Source of the DNA: Macrostomum lignano
Taxonomy: Eukaryota
NCBI GenBank assembly: GCA_002269645.1
Contig: NIVC01001183.1
Location: forward strand, 62,001 to 126,000
Reading direction: 5' to 3'
DNA: 64,000 nt
Position numbers and translations under genes: made by a program. Below the pieces are notes generated by a model. It had not been told where the DNA came from. It was given only the letters and a program-made list of their open reading frames with translations, and searched no databases. This document shows, in pieces, positions 1 through 12,607 of this stretch (position 1 is its first letter; each line of letters starts with the position of its first letter).

Positions 1-2
1 TG

Positions 3-218
3 TCAGCTAGTCAATTTAAGGAAGGAGTTGAGGAAGAGGATAACAATTCACCATTTGATTCAGTCTCCTCCAATTCAGAGACTGAGGATTATCAAGAATT
101 TGATGTTGATCTTCTGACTGAAAGACTGGGCAATATGCAGCAATATGCAACTACTCTCTATTTATTTATTCTACAGTTCTGTTGTTTGCTGCTCTCATCC
201 TTATATTTGTTTCAATGA
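3..218 (+). other. Possible acidic C-terminal end of an ORF entering from the left edge
   Basis: Frame 3..218 is open (SASQFKEGVEEEDNNSPFDSVSSNSETEDYQEFDVDLLTERLGNMQQY...stop at 216-218). No recognisable motif. Confidence 0.25.
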
Positions 219-503
219 CACTGTTTTCAACATTCTATTCTGTTTTGTCAGTACTGTCGTTTTTGGCACTATTGTAAATTTTTCAACTTTTAAAATTTTA
301 TTTATTATCATCCTTTTCATAAATTTTCATATGCAAGCATCAACTTAATTTGTGTTAAAATAACAATTTACGAAGAAAAGTAACAATTTAACTTCTAAAT
401 CCAATGTCTACAATATGTATGTATACAAGAGCAGATGAATATAAGGCTTTGTCCGCATGTATTCTTGTTTAATATTTTCTGGTAAAAATGTAACTATATT
501 AGC

Positions 504-670
504 CAGGGGCGTAGCCAAGGGGGGTCATTGGGGTCATGAACCCCCCAGCCGGCTGATCCAGGCCAAATACAGGCAGCAGCCCCCCTCCCCCGTCGCAGAG
601 GCCTAACACCCCGTCCCCGGTTGCCGCTGTGACTGTGACCCCCGGAAGGAAATTCCTAGCTACGCCACTG
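504..670. mobile_element. 167-bp non-autonomous hAT-type MITE
   Basis: Imperfect TIRs CAGGGGCGTAGCCAAG (504) and the reverse complement of CAGTGGCGTAGCTAGG (ending 670). Flanked by an 8-bp near-duplication ATATTAGC (496-503) / CTATTAGC (671-678); 8-bp TSDs are typical of hAT. Confidence 0.75.
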
Positions 671-1683
671 CTATTAGCTTCTAGAAATAAGATGGGTATA
701 CATGTACTGCCTACACACATTCAAAGAAAGTTGACTTCAGAATGCAAAGATAACCATCAATCATAAAGCCAGTAACATTTGTTTTCTTAAAAGACATCAT
801 ACCAGTCATTTCGTGCATTTAAAAGCCATTAAATCTATTAAATAAAGACGGTAAAATTTCGGTACATTTTGACGTCAAAACAACGTCACAGATCTAGGTC
901 AAAATTACGTAAAAAACATCGACAGAATTGACGTCATTTTGACGTTACACTTTGACCTATTTTCAACGTCATTTTGACGTCGCGCAACGTCACTTTGCTA
1001 CCCGGGAATAGGAGGGACCAAGCTAGGGAACTAGCAAGGGTTCCAAGCAATAAATTAGTGACACAAATATAAAATAAAATAAGCAAAAAACAAACAAGAC
1101 TTTTACTTTTTTCTTTTACATTGGTACTATTACTATATTACTAAGTTAAGTCCAGTTAATGACTAAAGTTCGCATTTTAGTTGATTGGCCTGCAATAAAC
1201 TGGAAGACAAATATGTGAAAATAATATTTGAATAGTTTATCTAAATAATGACTTTAACGAACATGAAAAATAACTTGCAGGCGCATAATATTTTACCGTA
1301 ATTTTTTGATTTATTCATTCTTCATTCGGGAGCCCTTTAAAGAATAAATGATGCGGCCATTAGAAATTAAAAAATATAACCGAAGCTACAAAAAATAAAA
1401 CAAGTAAAAGGTTTACTCTTGTGATTATGAGACGTTTTTGTATACTATAATTACAGAATTTTTTTATTTTAAAATATAGCATTTTTAAGCCAATTGAGTC
1501 TAGGAGCAAGCAATTAAATCCTTAGTGGAAAAATCAAGCTATTGAAGACTTGCTTTTCATTGTCTATGGCCCGAAAGGGGGTCTATGGAGCAACCAATTT
1601 GAGAATTTGGGCGCGCTATTAATCTTTTCACAGTTGTGCAAGCCTTAGACAATAGAAAATAACAGATTTCATTAGACAAAGAT

Positions 1684-2640
1684 ATGGTAGACGAAGAATT
1701 TATCGAGCAGATCCGAGCTGTGACGAAAGTTTTGCTACAGCCCAAGATTGCAGTGGATGAGCAGAATCCTGCAGGGCGAGAACCCTATCGCAAGATAAGC
1801 AACGAAAAGTACGACCTGATTGTCGCTGCCATTGAGAGAGGTGATAGTGCTGAGCACATTTCGCGATGTCTGGACGTAAAGAGAAAACCAGTGTATTCTA
1901 TCAGGCGTCGCTATGAAAATCACGGGACGCCGGGACCGCGCACGACGGGGTGGAGATCGAGCATCGAAATTGGAAGAGCAACACATCCAACCGCTTCGCA
2001 CCTATCCAGGCCTCGAAGTGAGTACTACAACTGTAAGCCAGACCTTGGACAAACAGCTGATTACATTGAAGTGCCTTGGCCGAGACACCGATGTGCCAGT
2101 GGTCAGGAATAAATCCTGAAAACCGGGCACGCCGACGAGAATTTGCTCACTGGCTCACTGGTGTTCCATCTGAACGTCACCTCATCTATGTTGATGAGAC
2201 CGGTTTCAACATTTGGACTCGCCGGTCCCAAGGACGCAGCAGACGTGGCCAGCGAGTCCGACGTGTCTTGCACACGCAGCGTGTGGGGTTCAGATCAATG
2301 TCCTGCAAGCAGTGGCACCAAATCTCGGCTTGGTACACCACAAGATTGTCGGTCACACACTGACTGCAAACGTGTTTCAAGCATTTGTCGAGAAGCTGCT
2401 CCATGCTGTCAACAATCGAGATGACGTAGACAATGCCGACAACTTCTTAGTCATCATTGATGGAGCTCGCTTCCATAACGGGCTGAGGATCCCCAGCAGT
2501 TTGAGCTGAACTGGCAGGTTGCAGTACTGCCTCCATATTCTCCATTTCTGAACCCGACCGAGTGTGCGCATTTCTGTTTGAAGGCGGCCATCAAGCGGCA
2601 ACTTGCGCAGCCACAGGTGTGTAGAGATCTCCAAATACGA
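1684..2640 (+). pseudogene. Degenerate IS630/Tc1/mariner transposase (frameshifted)
   Basis: HTH-like N-terminus (ORF 1684-2112), first catalytic D in LIYVDETGFN (ORF 2076-2363), second D in LVIIDGARFH (ORF 2213-2509), and WQVAVLPPYSPFLNPTE at ~2512-2565. The motifs lie in different frames. Confidence 0.85.
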
Positions 2641-3044
2641 TACAAAGTAAACTACTATAAGTAAAATAGACAAAGCCTACTGGCAATGCTTCTGATTGTC
2701 ACACGTTCAATATGCTTTGACCATAGACTAATGGTCTGATTTATAATAATCAATGATGTTTATTTCTCGAAGTGCTATATTGTCTATATGGTTTCATCAT
2801 GGCGAAGCCACTCGTGGCGATTGAGCGTTGTCTTACTCTGAAACCAAATAGACAACTTACCATTGCCGAATGGTACATGTATAGCCAACAAAAGAATGCA
2901 GTTAATCATGGTTTTTACCATGATAGACGTAAAGCACTCTAAATAAAAATTCTTGGTAGATCAATCAGCCTGCAGACACTCTCAAGCCGTGCACTATCTC
3001 TCCATCAATAATCTTGGGGACTCAGCTTCCGGATCCCGTTGGTC

Positions 3045-3200
3045 TGAAGCTCATGGCTGATTAATTCAGGGCCATTATCGGACACGAGCAATTCTGGAAC
3101 ACCGAAGTGTGTGAAGACTGTGCGAAGTGTGGTGATCAGTGGCAAAGGTGATTTTGGCGTTGGCCGTAACACTGAAATCTTGGTTGGCGTCTATGAGATT
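3045..3200 (-). mobile_element. Decayed Ty3/Gypsy integrase fragment
   Basis: Minus strand reads ITTLRTVFTHFGVPELLVSDNGPELISHELQ, matching the integrase core around the second catalytic D. Upstream frames are broken. Confidence 0.55.
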
Positions 3201-3441
3201 GCGACTCAAGCAAGCTAAATGATTTGAAGGCCTGGGCTACGGTCAGGTTGGCCGGGTCGGTCCGCGATATTCAATGAGAGTGGACAGTCGTCTTAAGACA
3301 CGCAACTCGTGGCCCTTGTAGGTAGGCTTGTAGGTAAAATTGACAGCGGTTCCAACGGGGGTCTTTTGAGGCTTTTCCCACAGCTCCGATGACAACGCTG
3401 ATGGCAGTACCTGTATAATTACTTTACTTACTTACACACAA

Positions 3442-3790
<349 letters not shown>

Positions 3791-4559
3791 TTTACTGCAA
3801 GATTAGCACAATTGCCATCTCTATTTTATTTTTTCATAAAATACAATAGAAATAGAAAGCTGTTCGTTTGTTCTGAGTCCACAATATCTGTTTAAACTGC
3901 GATATTGATTACATTCTCGACTGTCTTCTGTTAACATGTATACGGTTACATTATCCCGATCTCAGCTGCAGCTATGCCTTGATGCCTTGTATTTGCTCAA
4001 ACATTTCCGAAAAAAAAATTGTACCCAACCAATGCCAACAAAGAGTAGAATTTCCCAGAACGAATTGCTCAAAGGGTAACGTGATCGCTTACCGTTTTGT
4101 TATGTTTATAGACCCAACCTAAAATACCTACTGAATTACAATGCATACTGCATGGTTCATTGTTTCAAGTAAAAATGTATTTTCTTAACTATTGTACTTG
4201 AAACATTGTTGAGCAATGGAAACATTGTGTGGTTCTATACACGCAAAGGTTCTTTTCAGCAATATACTCGTAATTATTAGAGGTCTCCATAATCTATAGT
4301 AAGTAGAAAATTGTTAATGACTTGGAAAGGTTATAGTTATACTGACAGACACTGCAACAGATTTGCTACAGGCAATTTCGCAGATAATGTTACAGACCCT
4401 GATACAGATGCTACAGAAATGAATGAATGCATTCGGTGATAATTGTATTTGAATTCAGTATCATTCACTTGTCTTGAATCGACGAAATCTATATTTTCAA
4501 TTTGTCATTGAGGTGGTGGGTACATACATAGAAAAACAGTACACAGCGGTGAGTCATCT

Positions 4560-5368
4560 GTCAAAGATGCTACAGACATTGTCACAGATGCTACAGACAG
4601 GGTCACAGATGCTGCAGACACTGTAACAGACGCTATAGACACTGTCACAATTGCTACAGACACTGTAACAGATGCTACAGACACCGTAACAGATGCTACA
4701 GACACTGTCACAATTTCTACAGACACTGTAACAGATGCTACAGACACTGTCACAGATGCTACAGACACTGTCACAGATGCTACAGACACTGTCAAAGATG
4801 CTGCAGACACTGTAACAGACGCTATAGACACTGTCACAATTGCTACAGACACTGTAACAGATGCTACAGACACCGTAACAGATGCTACAGACACTGTCAC
4901 AATTTCTACAGACACTGTAACAGATGCTACAGACACTGTCACAATTTCTACAGACACCGTAACAGATGCTACAGACACTGTCACAATTTCTACAGACACT
5001 GTAACAGATGCTACAGACACCGTAACAGATGCTATAGACACCGTAAAAGATGCTGCAGACACTGTAACAGATGCTACAGACACTGTCACAATTTCTACAG
5101 ACACCGTAACAGATGCTACAGACACTGTCACAATTTCTACAGACACTGTAACAGATGCTACAGACACTGTCACAATTTCTACAGACACTGTAACAGATGC
5201 TACAGACACTGTCACAATTTCTACAGACTCCGTAACAGATGCTACAGACACTGTAACAGACGCTATAGACACTGTCACAGATGCTACAGACACCGTAACA
5301 GATGCTACAGACACTGTCACAGATGCTACAGACACCGTAACAGATGCTACAGACACTGTCACAGATGC
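4560..5368. repeat. 21-bp minisatellite (CAGATGCTACAGACACTGTAA), with degenerate copies back to ~4340
   Basis: About 38 tandem copies, ending ~84 bp downstream of the gene A stop. Confidence 0.97.
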
Positions 5369-5451
5369 CGCTCTTCATACTGTACTTCTAGATTACAACA
5401 GAACATTAAATCATCCTTCTTCATTCTTGATTTGTTGACTTGCTGAAGCTG

Positions 5452-6752
5452 TCAGCACAGCGAGTCGAGTTGCTGCATCTCGGCCTCGGTCAGGGCGGCT
5501 CCGGCGATTGCGTAACAAATCACGTGACCATTCAGCGGCTCCACCGTGTTGTAGCCGATACGAAGTCGGGCGTCGCCGGTCTCAACGCCAGCATCCGTCG
5601 AGACAGAGGTCGACGAAGGCGAAGTCAATCGGATTTTGCCGGCTCCACCGACAAAGTACTTATAGGTGAGGGTCGCGGGTTCGAACGCCAGGCCCAGGCT
5701 GATAGAGGTGGGAGAATCGGGGTCCAAGCTGACGGCGAGCCCGGCGAATCCGTTGGCTTGGCGCTGCTCGGGCCGGACGGATCGCTGCATGAATTCGGTG
5801 CCGTTGCTGCGCAGCTTCCAGAAGCCGGTCGGCGAGTCCACAGTGGAATTGAAAACCGTGTGCAGACCAACTGGCAGAAAATTCGCTAATTGGAATCCGG
5901 CAAAAAATTTCGCAAAGTAGGAGAATCCGTTAGTAGAGGCGTTCAGATGCAGCGGGCCGGCGATGTCGATGTAGGCGGCCAGGTTAGCGGCGAAGAACGC
6001 CCCGTTGCGGCTGCGGTTGACGTTGACCGGTACAGCCGCAGGGAGCGGCGGCAAGGCCGAACCGCTGCTAGCGGCTAAATTGTCAAACGAGATCCGAAAA
6101 TTGTAGAATGCCCGGAGCTTGCTGGCCAGAGAGGCCGGCAGAAGAGCTCGCTTGATGTGGGTCAGGCAGGCAGCTGGAGCGGCGGCGGCCTGCGGCGTTT
6201 TTGAGCTGGGGAGTTGCTGAGATGCCATGGCTCAATGGGGAGTTGCTGAGATGCCATGGCTCAATGGGGAGTTGCTGAGATGCCATGGCTCAATGGGGAG
6301 TTGCTGAGATGCCATGGCTCAATGAAGAGTTGCTGAGATGCCATGGCTCAATGGGGAGTTGCTGAGATGCCATGGCTCAATGGGGAGTTGCTGAGATGCC
6401 ATGGCTCAATAGGGGATGTTGAGAAGTTCAATAGGGTGGTTTGGGAAGTTTCGCTAATCTGTCCACGCTGTCTCACCTGCCAGACGCTGTCGGCAGTCCA
6501 GTTCGCGTAGCTGCCCAGATAGCAGACGCCGCTGTCGGAGTCGCGGCTGACAGCAGCGCAGTCGGCCCTGACAGCGCACTCGACCAGGCAGCTACGCCGA
6601 TCCGTTGCGCCAGACACAGTCGGCAGAGCGGCCCGGCCAGCCGCTGTCGGACAGGACGCCTCGGACTTGAAGGTCACGGTGGCAGCGTTGACAGTTGCTA
6701 GAGCAGTGCTCAGCGCCACAGTCAGAATTGCAGTAAAGTACAGCTCAGCCAT
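5452..6752 (-). CDS. Gene A: secreted PAN/Apple + LamG/concanavalin A-like domain protein, ~337 aa, 2 exons (6752-6477, 6189-5452)
   Basis: Signal peptide MAELYFTAILTVALSTALA; PAN Cys pattern SCLVECAVRADCAAVSRDSDSGVCYL. Donor CAG|GTGAGA (6476) and acceptor CCGCAG| (6190) join in phase 0, and the spliced junction is colinear with paralog B. LamG-like end LRIG...PLNGHVICYAIAGAALTEAEMQQLDSLC. Confidence 0.85.
6212..6414. repeat. 29-bp minisatellite x7 filling the gene A intron
   Basis: Unit AGTTGCTGAGATGCCATGGCTCAATGGGG, period 29. Confidence 0.97.
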
Positions 6753-7260
6753 TGCTGGTAAAAAAACTTTGATAAGCACGGCGATAAAATCTGCTTCCAA
6801 AAAGAGAGCCAACGCTTTCCTTGAAAACACAGCTGCCCCAGGACTTATTGATTCTAAACAGAGCAGAGGAAGGAAGACGTGTCGATCAATAATTCATATC
6901 CTACCCCCCCAGTCCCCCAAGAAACCCTGCAGCCAACCGCTGAAAGCAAGTAAGAGGCAACTCCCCCTTGATATCATTGTCATGGAAGCGGTGGATAACA
7001 CAACGGAGGCATAATGGATAAACAAAGCAACCAGAATCAAGGATGGAGAAGAGTGTGAACTCAGTCAGTCAGTCAGTCTGGCGAAAGAGTGTAAAAAAAG
7101 CTGAATAGTTTTACATCGACTTCCTGCAGACCAGCTTGCCTCATTTCAATCATAAATTTGGGTCTCTGGATAAGCCATTAAAGTTGGCTAATGTTTGTCG
7201 GTGAAAATAATAGATTCTGTTTATTTGTCAATGAAATAGAATGCCTACCACTAAGTCTAT

Positions 7261-7394
7261 CACTGATGAAGGAATAGAATGGATTGCTAGTCTAGCCAAC
7301 CACTGATGAAGGAATAGAATGGATTGCTAGTCTAGCCAACCACTGATGAAGGAATAGAATGGATTGCTAGACTAGCCTATCACTGATTAAGGAA
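7261..7394. repeat. 40-bp tandem repeat x3.3
   Basis: CACTGATGAAGGAATAGAATGGATTGCTAGTCTAGCCAAC at 7261, 7301 and 7341. Confidence 0.95.
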
Positions 7395-7802
7395 AGGAAG
7401 GCTTGTCTCGTTATTCTTACAAGCACCGAAAGTTATCTCCTATTTTCAGATGGCTACGTGCACTCACAAACAATGCAGAAGCCATGTCAATCAAGAAGCA
7501 TCTACGCGAAGTCGAGTACTCTCATGCAGGGCTGCAGAATGAAGAAAGCAGTTGTTGAAGAAGAAAACTTATCCTTGTTTGAATGACTTTTACCAGCAAA
7601 GAGTAGTGAAAAGGAAAAAGACTTGTCGTACTTGTAAATTGCACTTTGAAGAAAACGCTTTGTAAAAAGACTTCATTTGCAGCATAAACTACTTATAGTA
7701 AAAAAATTAACATTTTCTAGACTGAGTTGAATCACTGCATAAAATATAAAAATATTATAACATTCCTACACTAATGAATAATGTGATCATAAACTGCGTT
7801 AT

Positions 7803-8500
7803 TCTCCCTCTCCTTCTCACTCTCCCTCTCCCTCTCCCTCTTCCTCTTCCTCTCCCTCTCCCTCTGCCTCTTCCTCTCCTTATCCCTCTCCATCTCCCTC
7901 TTCCTCTCCCTCTTCCTCTCCCTCTGCCTCTTCCTCTCCTTCTCCCTCTCCATCTCCCTCTTCCTCTCCCTCTTCCTCTCCCTCTGCCTCTCCTTCTCCC
8001 TCTCCATCTCCCTCTTCCTCTCCTTCTCCCTCTCCATCTCCCTCTTCCTCTCCTTCTCCCTCTCCATCTCCCTCTTCCTCTCCTTATCCCTCTCCATCTC
8101 CCTCTTCCTCTCCTTCTCCCTCTCCATCTCCCTCTTCCTCTCCCTCTTCCTCTCCATCTCCCTCTTCCTCTCCTTCTCCCTCTCCCTCTCCCTCTCCCTC
8201 TTCCTCTCCTTCTCCCTCTCCCTCTCCCTATCCCTCTCTCTATCCCTCTCCCCTCCTTCTCCCACTCTCCTTCCCTCTCTCCCCTCTCTCCCCCTCTCTC
8301 CCCTCTCTCCCCTCTCTCCCCTCTCCCCCTCTCTCCCCCTCTCTCCCCCTCTCTCCCCCTCTCTCCCCCTCTCTCCCCCTCTCTCCCCCTCTCTCCCCTC
8401 TCTCCCCCTCTCTCCCCTCTCTCCCCTTCTATCTAACTCTCCTTCTCCCATTCTCTCTTCCTTTCTTCTTTCAACTTGTTCTCCTCTTCTTCACTTCTTT
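7803..8500. repeat. CT-rich low-complexity array
   Basis: CCTCTC/CTTCTC iterations. Confidence 0.95.
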
Positions 8501-9024
8501 CTTCAGCAGGACTATTAGTGCCCCTCTACTGTACCTCAACTGTTCGTTCCAATGAAAGTTTGCAGCTCTAGGAAAGTACAATAATAAAAACAAAATCCAT
8601 TGGATTCAAGTGGAACAGCCCACGCAAGCAGCAGCAGCAGCAGCGCTGTTACCATGGAAACGTCGTATTTTTGTCCACAATTCTCTCCGTGTTGACCAGT
8701 GAGAAGCCGTCTCACTCAGCCCATTGTTTTCCGCCAATCCAGCCTCGCTCACTTAATCTTCATCAACTGATTTATTCCCAACTCAGTACACATGCAGTGT
8801 AGCAATTGCTTTGCAGCTGGGTCAAAGTTATTTACTAGCTCAAAATATCCGATCTGCCCGCTGGTAACTAAGCAAAAGACAATGCCTGGTTCTCAACTGG
8901 TTGCAAGTGAGTGCGAATTCCTTTTTTAATGTATTTTAAATCAGAAGCGATACACGTCGTTTAAGAATTAGTAGTGAACAGTTTTACATAGGGCAAATAT
9001 TCGCGGGAAAGACTGTAGGGCACC

Positions 9025-9124
9025 ATGAGCACATGAAAGTGTGCCAATACTGTAAGCAGGCAACGCAATCATGCACACGCTCACATAGGGTGTACAGCGT
9101 TCCTGACATGTACACTCTCTATGC
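9025..9124 (-). mobile_element. Fragment of dispersed SINE-like family (copy 1 of 3)
   Basis: Similar to 48108-48238 and 58065-58190 (ccaatactgt...caggca...atgcacacgctca...gggtgtacagcg...catgtacactctct). Confidence 0.6.
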
Positions 9125-9639
9125 TCTCTGAATGCTCAATAACTTGCAGAGATGCATTTATTTTTTTTCGCGTGACAAATTCAAATTTGAGCCGATTAAA
9201 TTTTAGAACCGCAACCACTGTTTCTAAGAAACGCGAGGCCCAAAAAATTCTCCCCAAACCCCCAGAGCGGTCAACAAAGCCAGCAGCAATTAAGGCAGCT
9301 TTTCCCACTGTTTCCCCAGGCCAACCTCCCACGCTTCTCGGCTGCCATCAGTGGAGCCAGGCCTCATTGAGTACTAACCTCGGGGGGCCAGGGTTCACCT
9401 GAGGACAGCCGTGAATTTTTTAGCGCACTGGCCTATCAAAAAATTTCAATGCCTCCAAGACTGTCATGTGGCCTGTGTTTTCTGTTGTTCGCCTCTGGCG
9501 CGAAGCCACGAACTGAACTATTCTCTTCTAAAAATAGATATTTTCTGTGACAACACTGTCCTTTTCACTTACAGTGACTGATTGTATGAGTACTGGAAAA
9601 ATATTACTGTATTTATCTATTACATTGATTGAACCTTGT

Positions 9640-9910
9640 TAAAACTTTGCTAAAAGCTTTGCTCAAAACCCTGCTCAAACCCCTGCTCAAAGTCTGCTCA
9701 AAGTCTGCTCAAAGTCTGCTGAAACCCTGCTCAAAGTCTGCTCAAAGTTTGCTCAAACCCTGCTCAAACCCTGTTCAAATCTTGCTCAAAGTTTGCTCAA
9801 ACCCTGCTCAAACCCTGTTCAAATCTTGCTTAAACCCCTGCTAAAACCCTGCTCAAACCTTGCTCAAACCTTGCTCAAACACTTGCTCAAAGCTTTTCAA
9901 AGTTTGCTCC
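9640..9910. repeat. 11-bp minisatellite (CTGCTCAAACC)
   Basis: Degenerate tandem copies. Confidence 0.93.
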
Positions 9911-10057
9911 AGAGATAGCTTCCAATCCAAGCGTTTCCAGAGGTCTCTGGTCACCCATCAAGATTACCCAATAAACAATCAAATGTTTTAAGCAATTTCA
10001 AGAATCAGAAAATGTATTGAAAGCTCGTATATATAATCGTTTTTTCAACCAATTTCA

Positions 10058-11997
10058 ATGGTTCTCTCAGGCACGTCGCTGTTTATTGTCTTTGCTGCCG
10101 CTGCCGCCTCGGCCGTGTCGGTCACTTTCGTCCAGGACGCCTCCTGCCCGCCGTCGACCGCAGCCGCCGGTCGATCCGTGGTCGGCCTGCGCCACCGTCG
10201 GAGCTGCGCTGTCGAGTGCTCCATCAGCCCCGACTGTGCCGTCTTCCACGTCAACGCCAGCTCCGACTGCCGCCTGGGCAGCCTGGCCGACCTCGCCGCC
10301 GCCTGGCAGCCGGGCGACTGTCGGAGCGACGTTCGCCGACCGACGCTGCCGCCGACCTTGGCCAGCCGGCTCCTTGGATTCTACTGCTTCCGAGTTGGCT
10401 ACGAGAACCTGATCCGGGCTGTCAGCAACAACAGCCTGGGCGACGCCAAGCCGCGCGGCGCGGTGTCCCGAAATAAAGACGGCGTCAGCTTCAGCGGAGC
10501 GCTAGCCGATTTCTTAGAAATTCCTGTCGGACACGACGGGGGCGGCAGCGGCAGCGGCGGACTTCGACAGCTGCTTGGACCGGCTGGGGAGGTCACCTTC
10601 TACGCTAAGGTTGGTGGCTTGCTTCCTGGGATCCGAGGGTGAGAATAGAGAGACCTAATGGTGAAAATGAAGGAATTAAGGATGAGAATAGAGAGATTAA
10701 GGATGAGAATAGAGAGATTAATGATGAGAATAGAGAGATTAAGGATGAGAATAGAGAGATTAATGATGAGAATAGAGAGATTAAGGATGAGAATAGAGAG
10801 ATTAAGGATGAGAATAGAGAGATTAAGGATGAGAATAGAGAGATTAATGATGAGAATAAAGAGATTAAGGATGAGAATAGAGAGATTAAGGATGAGAATA
10901 GAGAGATTAAGGATGAGAATAGAGAGATTAAGGATGAGAATAGAGAGATTAAGGATGAGAATAGAGAGATTAAGGATGAGAATAGAGAGATTAAGGATGA
11001 GAATAGAGAGATTAAGGATGAGAATAGAGAGATTAAGGATGAGAATAGAGAGATTAATGATGAGAATAGAGAGATTAAGGATGAGAATAGAGAGATTAAG
11101 GATGAGAATAGAGAGATTAAGGATGAGAATAGAGAGATTAAGGATGAGAATAGAGAGATTAAGGATGAGAATAGAGAGATTAAGGATGAGAATAGAGAGA
11201 TTAAGGATGAGAATAGAGAGATTAAGGATGAGAATAGAGAGATTAATGATGAGAATAGAGAGATTAATGATGAGAATAGAGAGATTAAGGATGAGAATAG
11301 AGAGATTAAGGATGAGAATAGAGAGATTAAGGATGAGAATAGAGAGATTAAGGATGAGAATAGAGAGATTAAGGATGAGAATAGAGAGATTAAGGATGAG
11401 AATGGAGAGATTAAGGATGAGAATGAAGAGATTAAGGATGAGAATAGAGGCATTGATGGTAATACTAGAGAATTAATGAATAAGAAGGTATATTTTTAGA
11501 GTAGGAAGTCGAGGATTCGAACCCCAAACCACCGCCACCCTGTCCAGGTGTCCCGCCGGTTCAGCTACGAGAGCCCGGCCTTCCACAGCTTCTACAACCG
11601 GAGCACCGCCGGCTCCGCCTCGGCGGCCGTCCAGCCGACCGGCTACTGGCGCGACGCCATGGCGCGGCCGATGCTGCTGCACCGCGCCCTGGCGCCGACC
11701 GAGTTCGCCGCGTCCAGCCAGGTGTACCCGACCAGCAGCGGCGCGCAGACGGTCTTCAGCGCCGGCGTCGTCATGACTGTCAACGAAGCAGCGACGGCTT
11801 CAGTGCGGAACTACTTCAACGGCAGCTTCGTCGACACCCCGGTGTCGGCGTCGGCGAACACCGGCGACGTCGGAGACGGCGGCCTGCGACTCGGCTTCGA
11901 TGTGTATTATCCGTTCAGGGGCAGCTTTGTCGCCTACGGGCTGGCCGCTGCCAACCTCAGCCTCGCCGAGCTGCGGCTGCTCGACTCGCTGTGCTGA
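10058..11997 (+). CDS. Gene B: secreted PAN/Apple + LamG-like protein, paralog of gene A, ~333 aa, 2 exons (10058-10609, 11548-11997)
   Basis: Signal peptide MVLSGTSLFIVFAAAAASA; PAN motif SCAVECSISPDCAVFHVNASSDCRL. Donor AAG|GTTGGT (10610) and acceptor GTCCAG| (11547) are phase 0. Shares with gene A LASRLLGFYCFRVGYENL / LASKLRAFYNFRISFDNL, PTGYW / PTGFW and the terminal LDSLC*. Confidence 0.85.
10640..11450. repeat. 21-bp minisatellite (GATGAGAATAGAGAGATTAAG) in the gene B intron
   Basis: About 38 near-identical copies; source of the EIKDENR and MRIERLR ORFs. Confidence 0.98.
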
Positions 11998-11998
11998 C

Positions 11999-12607
11999 GC
12001 TGTCACTCTCCATCTTTGTCACTCTCGGTCTTTGTCGCTCGCCATCTTTGTCACTCTCGGTCTTTGTCACTCTCGGTCTTTGTCACTCTCGGTCTTTGTC
12101 ACTCTCGGTCTTTGTCACTCTCGGTCTTTGTCACTCTCGGTCTTTGTCACTCTCGGTCTTTGTCACTCTCGGTCTTTGTCACTCTCGGTCTTTGTCACTC
12201 TCCATCTTTGTCACTCTCAATCTTTGTCAATCTCGATCTTTGTCACTCTCCATCTTTGTCACTCTCGGTCTTTGTGGATCTCTTAGTCGCTGTAGTTGTC
12301 ACTCTCATTGACGCTATCGTTGTCATCATATCTGTCACTCAGTTTGTCACTCTGCTTACTTAATTTCATCCATTATTGTCACTCTGCTTACTTAATTTCA
12401 TCCATTATTGTCACTCTGCTTACTTAATTTCATCCATTATTGTCACTCTGCTTACTTAATTTCATCCATTATTGTCACTCTGCTTACTTAATTTCATCTA
12501 TTATTGTCACTCTGCTTACTTAATTTCATCCATTATTGTCACTCTGCTTACTCAATTTTATCCATTATTGTCACTCTGCTTACTTAATTTCATCCATTAT
12601 TGTCACT
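11999..12607. repeat. 16-bp array (TTTGTCACTCTCGGTC) grading into a 32-bp array (ATTATTGTCACTCTGCTTACTTAATTTCATCC)
   Basis: Starts immediately after the gene B stop; both units share TGTCACTCT. Confidence 0.95.

Noticed and set aside
1555-2735. Possible Tc1 terminal inverted repeats (CATTGTCTATGGCCCGAAAG at ~1558 vs reverse complement near 2711-2735)
   Set aside because: Short, gapped match with no clear TA duplication; insufficient to call element ends.
7261-7394. CTGATGA in the 40-bp repeat (and at ~43392) as hammerhead cores
   Set aside because: No stem II followed by GAAA and no cleavage triplet geometry.
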